Assembly (NCBI RefSeq): GCF_004010195.1 | Contig: NC_057759.1 | Coordinates: forward strand, 736,565 to 800,564 | Reading direction: 5' to 3' | Length of the DNA: 64,000 bases | Origin: Chiloscyllium plagiosum | Lineage: Eukaryota | In this document: piece by piece, positions 12,600-26,759 of the stretch | How positions within the stretch are numbered: position 1 is the stretch's first letter | How the letters are laid out: every line of letters starts with the position of its first letter | Program-made: the position numbers and the translations under genes | Notes under the pieces: model-generated | Databases searched by the model: none | What the model was told of the DNA's origin: nothing | The model's input: the letters and a program-made list of their open reading frames with translations, nothing else

Positions 12600-13850
12600 T
12601 GAACAGATACCGAGGTGTGGTTTGGGAAAGACCATGGCTAGGAATTGCACTCTATGAGCAACAAACTATAGTTTTATGGAATCTACTATTGAGTTCAACA
12701 CTAATATAGAGGAGAGCATGAGACGTATGAGTGTCTTTAGGCACATGACCATGAAAGAAGGGAAAGGGCAACCAGCCAACCGGAGAGAAACAGAATAGAG
12801 GAATACCCTGGGGTCCCGTTCGTCGCTAAGGGGAGTTCAGTAAGAGCCATGTCTGTGGCATGACAGCTGTCTGACTGTACAGGAGAGGAGGGAGAATGGA
12901 GTAGGAGCAATAATCAGAGGGGATTCAGTAATGAGGGGAACATGAAGATGGTTACTGACAGACCCTCGTAGCACCAGGGTGGTCGGATCAAGCATATCAC
13001 AGAGCGGCTGCAGACACAAATGGGGTGGGTGATCAACTAAAGGGCGTGGTCCATGTTGGCAGCAATGAATGAGGGAATCAGGTTAAGCGTTAGCACACAG
13101 AATCTCCAGTAGGGTAATTCCCGAATTACTCCCAGTGTCACATGCAGATGAGCACAGGAAAACGGGGAAAAGGCAGATGAAGGCGAGAAAGGAGAGATGG
13201 TACAGGAGAATGGGCTTCAGAATTCGGGAATATCGGGATTATTTCGGGGGAGCTGTAAACTCTATGAACTGGAGAGTTTAGCAAGTGAACACAGTTTATG
13301 GGCGTTTGAATAATGTTGTTGAGGTTGTTAAGACCCTAAATGATCTTAGCACAGCTAACCAGAACGGGATCAGTAGAGGAGACTATCAGCTTACAATAGC
13401 AAGTTACCAGTTGTCCCTGGAGTAGCAGAGAAATAAATGAAATCTGGATCGTCGTGACTGTGCATGAATGTGAATATATCGAGTACAGTAAATAATGTTG
13501 AGGAGTTACAAGTGCCAATTCGGATGCAGACCTATGATGCAGCGACAGCAGAGTGTTCTATCCAACAATGCAATATGGGGTGTTAAATATATGTGGGGGT
13601 AAATTATTCGGAAAAGGCATAGAAGAAAGAACGGCTAATAGTATTGATCTAGAATTGAATTATCTTAAGAGTGCTCAAGATTGACTATGTCTGACGGTAC
13701 AAGGAACGAATCAATTTGCTGAGAGTTACGAAACAAAAGGGATACAGTTACATTAATGGGTGCAGTCTATAGCCGGCACCTGGTGGGAAGGAAGTCTGGA
13801 ACAAATCTGCAGGGAAACTGCAGATGCTAATTTTATAGAGCCATTAAGTT
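12600..13850 (+). mobile_element. Old CR1 ORF1 (esterase-like) and endonuclease remnant
   Basis: gggattcagtaatgaggggaac (GDS..RGT), gtggtccatgttggcagcaatga (VVHVG.N), tatagccggcacc. Confidence 0.65.
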
Positions 13851-13879
13851 GAGTCCTTGTAGAGTCACTCCTTTCAATC

Positions 13880-14065
13880 ATGTTAGGGGATTGTTTATTG
13901 CACGGAAGTGTTTGGTCAGCTCTGAATGTGTGGGAAGCTGTTTTTATTACTTCGTACTTTGGTCCATTCTCGGGAGGAGGGGGAGGTTGGGCGCTTGTTT
14001 TTTTTCCTTTATCTATGGTCAAGGAACTGTTTATTCTGAGTAGGGATCTTACCCAAACATTGATT
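13880..14065 (+). pseudogene. V 3' half, J-like segment and possible C start, truncated by CR1
   Basis: VRGLFIARK (cf. VQGRFTASK), ALNVWEAV/YYFVLW (cf. AVYYCALW, one frameshift), ILGRRGRL (J-like), then a pyrimidine tract and ELFIL. Confidence 0.35.
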
Positions 14066-14069
14066 GGAA

Positions 14070-16290
14070 GCTCTTTAGATCAAGTAGATTGGATGGGGCG
14101 GTGCTTGTGCAGTGTGTACAGGAAGCTTTTCTAACTCAGTATGTAGATTGCCCGACCAGAGGGGAGGCCATATTGGATTTGGTACTTGGTAACGAACCGG
14201 GACAAGTGATGGGCTTGTTAGTGGGTGAACATTTTGGTGATGTTGACCACAATTTTGTGACTTTCACCTTGGTTATGGAGAGAGATAGGTGCGTGCAACA
14301 GGGTAGGTTTTACAATTGGGGGAAGGGTAAATACGATGCTGTAAGACAGGATCTGAGGAGCATAAGTTGGGAGCACAGGCTGTCAGTGAAGGATGTCGTG
14401 GAAATGTGGAACTTTTTCAAGGAACAGATACGACGTGTCCTTGATATGTATGTACCTGTCAGGCAGGAAAGAGATTGTCGTGTGAGGGAACCTTGGTTGA
14501 CGAGGGAGGTGGAATATCTTGTAAAGAGGAAGAAGGGGGCTTACATAAGGTTGAGGAAACAAGGTTCAGACAGAGCATTGGAGGGATACAGGATTGCCAG
14601 AAGGGAGCTGAAGAAAGGGATTAGGAGAGCTAAGAGAGGGCATGAAAATTCTTTCGCGGATAGGATCAAGGATAACCCAAAGGCATTTTATGTGTATGTG
14701 AGAAACATGAGAATGACGAGAACGAGGGTAGGTCCGATCAAGGACAGTAGTGGGAGACTGTGTATTGAGTCGGAAGAGATAGGAGAGGTCTTGAATGAGT
14801 ACTTTTCTTCAGTATTACAAACGAAGATCTTCAGTATTTACGAACGAGAGGGACCGTATTGTTGAAGAGGAGAGTGTGAAACTGACTGGTAAGCTAGAGG
14901 AGATACTTGTTAGGAAGGAAGATGTGTTGGGCATTTTGAATAACTTGAGGATAGACAAGCCCCCGTGCCTGACAGGATATATCCTAGGATTATGTGGGAA
15001 GCAAGAGAGGAAATTGCAGAGCCGTTGGCAATGATGTTTTCGTCTTCACTGTCAACAGGGGTGGTACCAGGGGACTGGAGAGTGGCGAATGTTGTGCCCC
15101 TGTTCAAAAAAGTGAATAGGGATAACAGGCCTGTTAGTCTTACTTCGGTGGTAGGCAAAGTAATGGAAAGGGTACTGAGGGATAAGATTTATGAGTATCT
15201 GGAAAGACACTGCTTGATTAGGGACAGCCAGCACGGATTTGTGAAGGGTAGGTCTTGCCTTACAAGTCTTATTGAATTCTTTGAGGAGGTGACCAAGCAT
15301 GTGGATGAGGGTAGAGCAGTGGATGTAGTATACATGGATTTTAGTAAGGCATTTGATAAGGTTTCCTATGGTAGGCTTATGCGGAAAGTCAGGAGGCATG
15401 GGATAGAGGGAAATTTGGCCAGTTGGATAGAAAACTGGCTAACGGTTCAAAGTCAGAGAGTGGTGGTAGATGGTAAATATTCAGCCTGGAGCCCAGTTAC
15501 AAGTGGAGTTCCGCAGGGATCAGTTCTGGGTCCTCTGCTGTTTGTAATTTTTATTAATGACTTGGAAGAGGGAGTCGAAGGGTGGGTCAGCAAATTTGCA
15601 GATGATACGAAGATTGGTGGAGTTGTGGATAGTGAGGAGGGCTGTTGTTGGCTGCAAAGGGACTTAGATATGATGCAGAGCTGAGCTGAGGAGTGGCAGA
15701 TGGAGTTCAACCCTGCCAAGTGTGAGGTTGTCCATATTGGAAGGACAAATAAGAATGCGGAATACAGGGTTAACGGTAGGGTTCTTAGTAGTGTGGAGGA
15801 GCAGAGGGATCTTGGGGTCTATGTTCATAGATCTTTGAAAGTTGCCACACAGGTGGATAGAGCTTGTAAGAAGACCTATGGTGTANNNNNNNNNNNNNNN
15901 NNNNNNNNNNNNNNNNNTTGGAACGGTGAAGGATGAGGGGTGACTTGATAGAGGTTTATAAGATGATCAGAGGAATAGGTAGAGTAGACAGTCAGAAACT
16001 TTTTCCCCAGGTACAGCAGAGTGTTACAAGGGGACATAAATTTACGGTGAAGGGTGGAAGGTATAGGGGAGATGTCAGGGGTGGGTTCTTTACCCAGAGA
16101 GTGGTGGGGGCATGGAATGCGCTGCCTGTGGGAGTGGCAGCGTCAGAATCTTTGGTGACCTTTAAGCAGCAATTGGATAGGTACATGGATGGGTGCTTAA
16201 GCTAGGACAAATGTTCGGCACAACATCGTGAGCAGAAGGGCCTGTTCTGTGCTGTATTGTTCTATTGTTCTATGTTTCTATGTTTCTATA
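14070..16290 (+). mobile_element. Young 5'-truncated CR1 LINE ORF2 (endonuclease C-terminus plus RT), frameshifted, with a small N gap
   Basis: ORFs 14089..14865, 14965..15684 ([26 protein letters not shown]), 15700..15936 and 15933..16205; (ttctatg)n tail. Confidence 0.95.
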
Positions 16291-16409
16291 CTTCTTTTCT
16301 GCATGCTGTAAATGCTGGGTTCCTTGTGAGATGCTGGATTTATCCTGAGGGCAGTGTAAGGCTGTTTATAGAGAGCTGGGTTTTAGCCTGCGGATTGTGA
16401 ATTAGCACA

Positions 16410-16930
16410 AAGAACATTACAACACAGGAACAGGCCCATCGGCCCTCCAAGTCTGCGCTGATCCACATCTTCGATCTAAATCTGCTGCCTATTTTCTAAG
16501 GTTCTGTATTACTTTGCTCCCTGCGCATTCATGTATCGGTCCAGATACATCTTAAATGATGCTGAAGTTCCCGCCCATAACACTTCCCCTGGCAATGCAT
16601 TCCACCAGCCTCCCGTGAAGAACTTTCCTCGTATATCTACCCTAAATCTTACCCCTCTCACATTGGACTCGTGATCTCTAGCAATTAGGTTATCCACTCT
16701 ACAATAAAAGTTCCTTGCTATCTACCCTGTCTATACCTGTCATGATTTTGCAGGCTTCAATCAGATTCCCCCGTAGCCTCTTTCTTTTCATTGAAAATAA
16801 TCCTAATCTACTCAACCTCTCCTCATAGCTAGCATCCTCCATACCAGGCAACATCCTGGTGAACCTCCTCTGCACGCTCTCCAAAGCATCCACATCCTTT
16901 TTGTTGTGTGGCGAATGAGAACTGCACACA
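16410..16930 (-). mobile_element. CR1 LINE 3' end
   Basis: ORF 16699..16929 reads KDVDALESVQRRFTRMLPG..YEERL. Confidence 0.9.
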
Positions 16931-18149
16931 AAAGTTTGAAAGTGTGTTCGAAAGTGCTTTGTGTCTATGTGTGAGAAGGGATTTGAATATAATTCTGTGA
17001 TCTGAATTCATTTTTTTATGGAAAGCTGTTTTTAAACTTGTAAACTGCACATGGAATACTGTGTGTGGATATCAGTTTGGATTCTGGGTGGTTGATTCAA
17101 TCAGTTGACCCTGAGAATTTTTGATACAGTGCTGGGAGCTTTAATTCATTCTGTGAACTGTGAACTGGTGGTTTGTTTGTGGAGCAAGTTAATCCTGCAG
17201 ATTGTGAATGGTCGGGTCTGCAAGTAGAAACTGTTTTTATTTGTGGATTGTAATTATTTCTTATGAATATTCAGTTTTGTCTGCAAAGTTAGCTTTAAAT
17301 CTAATTTACAGTCATTACTCCATGGAGACATGAGTTTTACCCTGGACTGTGAACGGTTCGTTCAATGTTGTGCGTGTATGTGCATCTGTGTCTGCTGTAC
17401 AACGTTCCTTATTCCTGCAACTGCCTAAAGGCCCAAACATTTCCCTCTTCTTGCAGCTCCTTGCAATACAGAACTTCCTTTACCCATAACTGCCATGTTG
17501 ATGTCCAGTGGACCTCAACCATCATTGACATGTTTTATCTCGATAAACGTTTTGGGGATTCTCAGCACGCTCGGCATTTGTAATTCATTCCATGTCCCAA
17601 AACCCTCCATATATCTTAAAACATTTCTAGATCATATTGCTTTCGTCACTTTGAGCTCCTCCTAGGATAACAATTCATACTGACTTTATAACACCGTTCA
17701 TGCCCTTATCACACTTCGCATGCCTGCCATTACTTGCAGCACACTCAAGTATCCTTCATCATTTCATTAAAGTCCTTCGTACACACTCCTCCTTTTAGGA
17801 GAACTATTGCTTTCGTTTAAATGCCTGTTTCAACATTTGGTCACCCTTTGTTAGTTTCCAAAACACTATCTTTAGAATTCTTCGTTTTTATTGACTGTCT
17901 TCAAAGCCTCGTTTAACATAATATACTCCTTAAAGATCTGGGGGATCCACTGATTCATCTTTGTTGCTAACATTTTGCCTATTTCAATGGAATGCCCTTT
18001 TGTTGAATATTTTCTTGCTGTTAATTTAGAGCCATACATTTGAGCTTGTTTACCCTGTTATCCTTGGTCAGTTCCCCTCTCATACCCATGTAATATGCTT
18101 TGATTCAATTTTTAGATATTTGGATGTACATGGAGTGGGAACAGTAAAA

Positions 18150-18690
18150 TTTCGTAATTGATTTAAATTCCATCCTAGCACCCAAACACCCAACGTCCCA
18201 CACCAGTGTTGGCGAAGGACAGAGTAACTCTTATCAAAGTCAAAGAAGCCATCAAACAACGCTAGGGGGAGTACTTTAGGGACTTCCTCAACCAGAGCTT
18301 TGTCATCGATCCGAGCTTCCTTAACTGTATCCAACAGCATGCTGCAAACCACCATCTCAGCAATACCCCAACCCAATACGAAGTAGAGAAGGCCTTGCGC
18401 TAGCTCATGAACAACAAGGCTTCCGGAGTAGATGGTATCCCTGCTGAGGCATTGAAGTGCTGAGACACATGGCCCCCAGTGCAGCTACACGCTCTTTTCT
18501 GCTATATCAACAAGGAATAAAGCAACATGGGAGAACTCTGGGATGGCATAGTTGTAAGCATTTTCAAAAAAGGGGTACATGCTGGACTGTGGTAACTACA
18601 TGCTGTCTGCCGTTGAAAAATTAGTCAGAAAGTTCTTCCTCAAGCGCCCCCTATCTGTGGCTAAGGAAATCTTCCCAATGTCACATCGCA
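18150..18690 (+). mobile_element. RTE-clade LINE fragment
   Basis: NNKASGVDGIPAEALK and IFKKG...DCGNY motifs. Confidence 0.65.
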
Positions 18691-18717
18691 GCAGTACCTG
18701 TGGTGCAGAGACTTTAA

Positions 18718-18900
18718 GTTGTTGTGGTTCTGTTCGCCGAGGTGAGAATTTGTGTTGCAGACATTTCGTCCCCTGTCTAGGTGACATCCTCAGTGCTTGG
18801 GAGCCTCCTGTGAAGCGCTTCTGTGATCTTTCCTCCTGCATTTGTAGTGGTTTGAATCTGCCGCTTGCGATTGTCAGTTCCAGATGTCCGTTGCAGATGT
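18718..18900 (-). mobile_element. Penelope-like terminal repeat fragment
   Basis: Reverse-complement match to 24200-24358 (gaagcgcttc.caggaggctcccaagcactga). Confidence 0.75.
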
Positions 18901-20721
18901 CGCCCATTCTAAAAAACTCTCAATTTCTGCCACCTGCCCTAGACTCCACTGCCCTCCCTATCTCTATAAACTGCCTCCAGTTACAATCACCCTTCAAATT
19001 GTACATTGTCATATTGAATGGAGAGGCAGTGTCGTGTTTCCAAATGGCCGACCCCTGCTCCTCTTTCTTAAGTTTCTCTAAATGTCTGTCTCCTTAAATC
19101 CTTCAGTTCTCACAGCCCTCCCGATCTGTGTAACCTACTCAAGCTCAGACAGTGCTCCCTGTCACTCTAATTTCTTTATTCCAATCCAATTACACTCGAC
19201 ATATTTCGAACATGCTCCAATATCTACAACACTTTGTTTTCGTGAATTCCTTCATTTGCTAAACTCGTCCGTAACATGATATCCTATAGTATCTCAAACC
19301 CTCCCTATCTTTGTATGCTCCTCTGATCGCCACAACCATCCCCATCTTTGTAACATCGTCCTGCACTTTGATACCCGCTGATTGCTGAAACCTCTTCAAG
19401 CACTACACTTTCGAAATTTCTCTTACTTTCCCCTGCTATTTGAAACCTCCCTATCAATATGACCCCCTGAACTCCATGCAACCCTCACCATCTCTAACCT
19501 CCATCAGCCCCCATAGCCCGTCATCTTCCAATCACTTCAGAACGATCTGTAACTGCAAACTCATCCACTCCCCATTTGCAAAGCACACTTGAGTCCCTGC
19601 AATGAATCTGAAGGACATCCCCGCCCTAATCTCCAAATCTCTTTAAATCTCACGATAATCTGTAAACTGGTCCAGCCATCAAAATCTTCCATACCTCTCT
19701 AAATTGCGTCATTCACGTTAAGCTTCCCATTTTTTAGACTAACGCCTAAAACATATTTTTCTGTCTATCTTTCTACTGTCCAGAAAAAATCTATCCTCTC
19801 ACTGTAAACTGATCCAACCCCTCCGCTATTTCCATAAATTCCTGCAGTCCGTAAGTCCCTCCCTTTCTGTGTCGGCGCTTCCAGTCCTGACAATGTTCCC
19901 CATCTGTGGAACCCCTGCAATCTACTCATTTCAATGATCCGCTGATATCACTGTAAAATTCCTGATGTATAGCACTTGCTCCAATTCCTGTGACTCTCCA
20001 GTTCCTACCAGACTTACTTTCTGTATCAATTCATTCAGTCTGTACGTCCACCTACTTAATTCCACCTATTTTGCAGGATACTACAACCCTGTCGTTTTGT
20101 ACATCACCCTCACCTACAACCCTCATTGCCTTCAGAACCTCTTCAAGATGCGCCATTCGCCCTGTCTGTTTTTGTATCCCACCCCAACTCTCCTGGCAGA
20201 CTCCATAGTCTTTCCATCTGTGTAACGTCCAGAATTTTTAAGCCTTATTATATATTTAAATTTCTTCAGCCATTTCAAATCTCCGTAGCTTTGTTATTCC
20301 TCCAAAGATACAATGCGCTGCTCCCCGAAATGCTCCTCCCTCTGTCTGTCTGCTCCCCTCTCCGTCCACCCATCCCAATTTCTGAAATCTCATAGAGCCC
20401 ACTGCTATCAATGTGAGTTCCTCCACTCCATTAAGCCTTTTCCTTCAATAACATTCTCGAATACTTGTAACGATGCTTAACTTTGGAACAACCTCCAGCC
20501 CCTGAAGCCTCCCTATCTCAGTAGCCTCTATCGATCCATTTGACATCAGTTATCTCTGCAACACTCCTTGAATTTGCAACAAGGCAGATTGAATCACACC
20601 ATTAACGGAGATGACCAGAGAAGATCTAACAGTCATTTCAGGTATGTGGCTGCAGAATGAACATGGCGAGGAAATGATCATGGAACATTTTTCAGGATTT
20701 ATGCAGAATAGGAAAAACATC

Positions 20722-20945
20722 GAGAGCCTGGTGCTGGAAAAGCACAACATGTCAAGCAGCATGCCAGTAGCAGTAGAATAGACGTTTCATGCGTAAAAGC
20801 CATGAACCTCTCAATTCCTGATGAAGGGTTTATGTCCAAAACTCCTGCTCCTCGCATGTCGAAACTCCTGCTCCTCGCATGTTTCCTGACCTGCTGTGCT
20901 TTTCAAGCACCACTCTCTCGAGTCTTATCTCCAGCAAATACGGAC
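20722..20945. mobile_element. Short fold-back repeat, probably Penelope-terminus derived; copies at ~30553-30775, 50915-51060, 58030-58220
   Basis: gtgctggaaaagcacagc ... gctgtgcttttc(c)agcaccac inverted arms around a cctgatgaaggg core. Confidence 0.65.
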
Positions 20946-21029
20946 TTCGCTTCTCCTAGAGTAGGGAAAATGCCAAACAAATTCAAGTTGCATTATGAAA
21001 AGATGCAATCAGTGCATTAGTGAGACAGC

Positions 21030-21200
21030 CACGTGGATCTGGAGATCCACATTTAGAGTTTGTTTCGGTGGAGTTGAGAACACCAATAGGCAGTAAATAT
21101 TTGCAGGAATTCTTTCAAAAAAACCATTCAGTGATGACAATGCAAACGTAGTTAAAATGAGGAGATTGAATGCACTTTTGGCAGGGGCAGGAGAATAATT
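21030..21200 (-). pseudogene. Possible V FR3 plus J-like remnant
   Basis: One frame reads AKSAFNLLI...PANIYCLLVFSTPPKQTLNVD. Confidence 0.25.
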
Positions 21201-21739
21201 GTGCGACAGTAGGCTCCATCTCGACTGAATAACTAATGAGTATCAGTGTTATAATGGATGGAATCCTGCATTGTATACGAGATGGTTTCCTGTATTAGCA
21301 TATTGAGGAGTAAACACTGACTAGTCTTGACTAATGGGCTAGTATTTCTCAGGTGTAATGCAATGAGAAAGGTCTGATTGATAACGTCACTGTAAAGGCA
21401 TTTTCTTGGAAGATAACCATATTACAATATCTTTTGATTTTGAGACAAATATAGTTAAGACCATGAGACGTAGGAGAGGTCATTTAGCCCCTTTGTCAGA
21501 TCGCGGCTGTTCCGATGAACCCCACCTCTTCTTTCTTGCCTTTTCAATGTAACCCTTGTTGCATTGATCAATTAAAATTCTGTGCGTCTGTGCTGTAAAT
21601 GTACTTAATGACTCAACCACGCCAGATTACACAGATTCACTGCTGTCTGAGTGAAGAAATGTCTTCTCATCCCTGTCTAGAATGAGCGAGCTCTTTCTGG
21701 GATTTTCTGCCTTCTGATTACAGATTCTCGCAGAAGGGA

Positions 21740-22830
21740 AGCTAAAGGAAGAGGAAAAGGTAATGCTTGAGGTTATGACAATATATCTTATCTACATGGA
21801 CCTCATTAAATTACTTAACAACGTTTCTTATGGTCGTATGATCCCGAAGATTGAAAGGCATTGAACTCATTTACAAGTTGTATACAAATTGACTTAGACA
21901 TAGAAGACATAAGATAGATGTGGTGGGGTGCATTTCTGATTGGAGGTCTGTAGCCAGTGCTCTGAAGGAACCAGTGCTGCGGCCTCGATGTAATTTATAG
22001 AAGTGATTCAGATGAAAATGTTAAGTAAGTTTGCAGTAATGATAAATTAGGTTCAATTCGGATAGCTGTAAGATGATGCATTTTGGAAGTACAAGTGCAA
22101 GAAGCAAGTACGAAAATTTGGGAGCATTGATATACAGAGGCATTTTGGTTCAACCCCATGATTTGCTGAAAGTTCCAAAACAAGGAGGTCGAATGTTAAA
22201 CAGGCATATGATGTATTTGTCTTCATCGGTCACAGCACTGAATATAAATGGTTGCATGTCATGCTATTGCTGCGTGAAATTTCCGTTTGGCCACATTTCG
22301 AGTGCTGTTTGTGGCTCCTTTTGCCACGTAATAGGAAAGATGTGCAGGCTTTCGAGGGTGTGTGCAAATAGGTTCGGATGGCATGTTGCTGGATTAAGAG
22401 TGCATTCACTTTAAGGGAGATTTGGACAAACTTGGATTGTTTTTGCTACAACATCAGAGACTGAGGTGTGATCAGGCAGAGGCATATAAAAATTATCAAA
22501 TGCATAGATATTACAGATAGTCAGAATCTATTTTGCAGTGCAGACCTGCAAAACGAGAAAGCATCGGATTAAGATGAGAGGGGGAAAATTGAAATAAAGT
22601 GTGCAAGGCATGATTCTTTTTTACATAGAGAGTGGAGGGTGCCTCGGGCGGTAGTAGAAACGGAAATGTGAGTTAACAAATTATGTAGTGTTTAGATAGA
22701 TACATGATGAGGCGGAGAACTGAGGAATGAGGAAATTTGCTGCTAGTCTTTAGTTTAAAATAGCATTACAGTCGACACAGACATGGTGGGCCGAAAGGCC
22801 TATTGCTTTTCTGTACTGTTCTACTTTCAA
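21740..22830 (+). mobile_element. Old CR1 RT and 3' end
   Basis: taagtaagtttgcag (SKFA), ataggaaagatgtg (YRKDV), tggtgggccgaaaggcct tail motif. Confidence 0.7.
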
Positions 22831-23270
22831 ACTTCCCAAAATCTGCCTTGTCAAACTCCTCAGGATCTTGGATACTTCACTATATGTCAAACTCCTCAGG
22901 ATCTTGGATACTTCACTATATTTCTTTCTCATTCTTCTAAACTCCAATAAATTCAAGCTAATCTCACAACCTCTTCTCATGAGAAAGTCCTTCAATTTCC
23001 AAAATCAACCTCGTGAATCTTCTTTGATCCACCTCCAATGCAAAACTATCTTTCCGTAGGACACTAATGCTGTTTTAATGTTCTAGATGTGGCCTGAATG
23101 GTAGCTTGCATACTTTGTAGCAAAACCTCCTGATTTTTTAGACTGCATTCCCTTTGTAAAAATGCCAGCATTTGAGTTGCCTCTAATACTGGCTGAAACT
23201 GTCAGCGACTTTTTTCAGAAGGACACACAAGCACTCCCAAACCTGTTGTGTGTTGTGTGTTGTGCGGCAG

Positions 23271-24360
23271 AGAAACAATAGCCAAACTACTGGACATACA
23301 GAACAGAAAACAGGACGCTGAACCTATCAACAAAGACGGCATACTTAAACTACTGGACTTGTGCCTCACAACACACTTCACATTCAACAACCAGATATAC
23401 GAACAAATCAATGGAACACCCATGGGATCACCAATCTCGGGACTCATAGCAGAGGCAGTTATGCAAAGGTTAGAACAAACAGTCCTACTACAAATTCAAC
23501 CCAAACTCTGGGCCAGATATGTCGATGACACGTTTGTAATCATTACAAACACGGAAATAGAAAAAACACACCGGATCATCAACGCCACACTCACAGGAAT
23601 CCGATTCACGAGAGAAGAAGAAAAGGATAGCCAACTCCCATTCCTAGACGTGATGGTACAGAGAACACCGAACGGAGAGTTCACTACAAGGGTATACAGG
23701 AAAGCCACACACACAGACCAAGTCCTAAACCATGAAAGTANNNNNNNNNNNNNNNNNNNNNNNNNNNNNNNNNNNNNNNNNNNNNNNNNNNNNNNNNNNN
23801 NNNNNNNNNNNNNNNNNNNNNNNNNNNNNNNGCCTCCTGCGAAGCGCTTCTTTGTTGTTTCCTCCGGTGTTTATAGTGGTCTGTCCCTGCCGCTTCTGGT
23901 TGTCAGTTTCAGCTGTCCGCTGTTGTGGTTGGTATATTGGGTCCAGGTCGATGTGTTTGTTGATGGAGTTTGTGGATGAATGCTATGCCTCTAGGAATTC
24001 CCTGGCTGTTCTCTGTTCTCTATTCACACACGCAGACAACAAGCAACATGAATTCGACTGGGACAACACTACTATCATAGGGCAAGCCAGACAGAGAACA
24101 GCCAGGGAATTCCTAGTGGCATGGCATTCATCCACAAACTCCATCAACAAACACATCGACCTGGACCCAATATACCAGCCACTACAGCGGACAGCTGAAA
24201 GTGACAACCGGAAGCGGCAGGGACAGACCACTATAAACACCGGAGGAAACATCAAAGAAGCGCTTCGCAGGAGGCTCCCAAGCACTGATGATGTCGCCTA
24301 GCCAGGGGACGAAATGTTTGCAACAAAAACTTCCAGCTCGGCGAACAGAACCACAACATT
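23271..24360 (+). mobile_element. Young Penelope-like element: RT core, gap, inverted terminal segment and 3' terminus
   Basis: ORF 23248.. reads GTPMGSPISG, RYVDDTF, LPFLDV, VYRKATHTDQ; 23832-24016 is the reverse complement of ~24090-24276. Confidence 0.92.
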
Positions 24361-26759
24361 GATTCAAGTGCACAATGAATCAAAACCCTTTCTTCTTGAC
24401 GATTGTTTGATCCTGTCACGTTCCTGATGTCTGATGACACCCAGTATCGCTCTATGTGTTAACTGCCGCTGGGTAGATCGAATTGCAGCTTTTGACTGCA
24501 CCTTGTGCAGCTACTTCAGATCTTAAACCAACAGAATTCTCCGCACAAGAGACGAGGCAGCACAAACCTGAAATGGAGGCTGGGATTCTCCAGATCTCTA
24601 TGAGACTCAGTACCATTCTACACGTATAATCCTCACTGCAGCAATCTAATATCTGAGTCTATGTGTTTCTCAATTTCCTGCAGCTGTTCGACAGAATTCC
24701 TAACTCCTGTCTCATTGATCAACTGATTGAAGGCAGATAGACAGCCAGAGACAAAAAGGATAGGGTGTTATCGAGCATACAATAAATCTGGCAGCTAGGA
24801 AGCTTCGCTGACAGTGAATGAAAAGCAAGCAATTAGAGGGGTCGACACGTCGGCCCACATGGCATAACATAGACACAGTTTTTAAGGGGGTTATGACTGA
24901 TCGGTTTCTCAACTTCATTCTCTTACCTACTCCCTATAATCTTTGAACCCCTTACTCATCAAAACATATCTATCTCTGTATTTTAACCTGAACAGAATCC
25001 TGATATAGGATTTGTAAGTCCGTTTGTGCTTCAGATATTTCTCCATTTCGAAAATACTCTGCATCGCTGTTCTTCCTTCTAAAGTGCATAACCTCACACT
25101 TTTCCCACCTAGTATTCCACCTGCTTCTTTTTGCTCACTCTACTCGTCTGTTGTTCTACAGCTTTCACACTTCTGCGACACAATCTGTCCTTCAACCTCT
25201 TGTTGCAGATGACACAAACGTGTCAACAATGCCCTCAGTCCCTTAGTCCTGGCTGTTATACCGTATACAGTTGTGTTCTTAATACTGACACCTGTCGAAC
25301 TCCACACATCAACGGCTGCCATCCCGAAAAAGATCTTTTTATATCCACGCTCTGTCTTCTGACATTCAGCCAATCCTCTATCCATGCCAAGCATGTTGTT
25401 GTGAAAGCGAAATTTCGTTTGACAATTTCAGTTTGACTTATTTTTGTTTTGTCTGTCTGTAAACATTAGCATTAGTAAAAGGGGAGGAATGTTTTGTTTG
25501 GATTTTCGGGGACCTTTCAACAAAGCCACTGAAGAGGTGGACAAGGAAAATTTGCTTATGTGGGATTGCAGCCAATGTACTGGTTTTATGATTGACACCT
25601 AACTATTAACAATGCGGTTCGATGAATTTGAAGGGTGGACAAAATCTGAAATTTCCGTATTTGTTGCTAACACGAAACTGGAAGGGAATGTGAGTTGTAT
25701 GGAGGAAGTATAAGGGGCATTAACTGTTTGTGAGTTTTAATGTTTTTTTATTCATTTATGAAATGTGTCCATCTCTGGCTCGTCCATCATTTTGGTCCCA
25801 TTTCTCATTGCCTTGTGATGGTGGCGGTCAAATGCTTTCTTGACCCACCATAATCATTTGGGTGCAGGGACAGACACAGTGTCGGTACAATGGAGCGTGC
25901 CTCGGAGGAATCCTTGGAAATGCTGGTGTTCCGATGCACCTGTAGCTCCTGTCCTGCCACGCCAAGTTGTTCCGGGGTTGTGAATTGCGGTTGAAAGAGC
26001 TTTACTGAGTGGCCTTATGTTTGTACCTGATTACAGACAATACAGCCACCATTTTATATGTGACGTCCTCCAGTACTTACAGCTCCTGTAGTTTCTCACC
26101 ATATATCACCTCCTCCATTCCCTTCTGCGCTATTGATATCTCAAACATCTTCAGTCTAGTTTACACTTCGGATTTTCCATAACCTCTTTTATTTTTATTT
26201 GTAATCCCTCAGAAGCTGTCATCCTCTGTATTACTCTAACTAAGTACAACACAGGCGTACCTCTTTAAATTTCAATGACCGGCAGTGGCTGGATGTGTGA
26301 AGTTGGCACTTTACACCCTCAGTAGACCCGTGTCAGCTCTTGAAGCCTCGACATCTCCTCTGTTTTGATAATCTCAACAAACCCCAAGCAGTGTTCCTAT
26401 TTGCTGCACCTTCTCATGTCCTGATGGCCCCGAACACCAACAGCCAACACTGTTCCCTGATGCTTTATTCCCTCCAGTCACTGCAAGCCGTCCAACTCTG
26501 TAGCTTTCAAAAATGTCCAGTACTCACAATTCCTTTCTATCATTTTGCATTTTGTTCATGTCTTCATATCTCTGTAAACAGCCCACAAATAACCTTTTTG
26601 ACTCTACAAATTTACAGCACTAACAAGTTACCATCTCCATATTTCTCCAGGTAATCAGCTTCACGCTCCAACACTGTAATGCCCGATCTCCCCTCTAATC
26701 CTCCTCCTCTTTCTAACATCTTCCAGCCAGGACAGCGATCCTGTAATCAGCAGTAAGGG

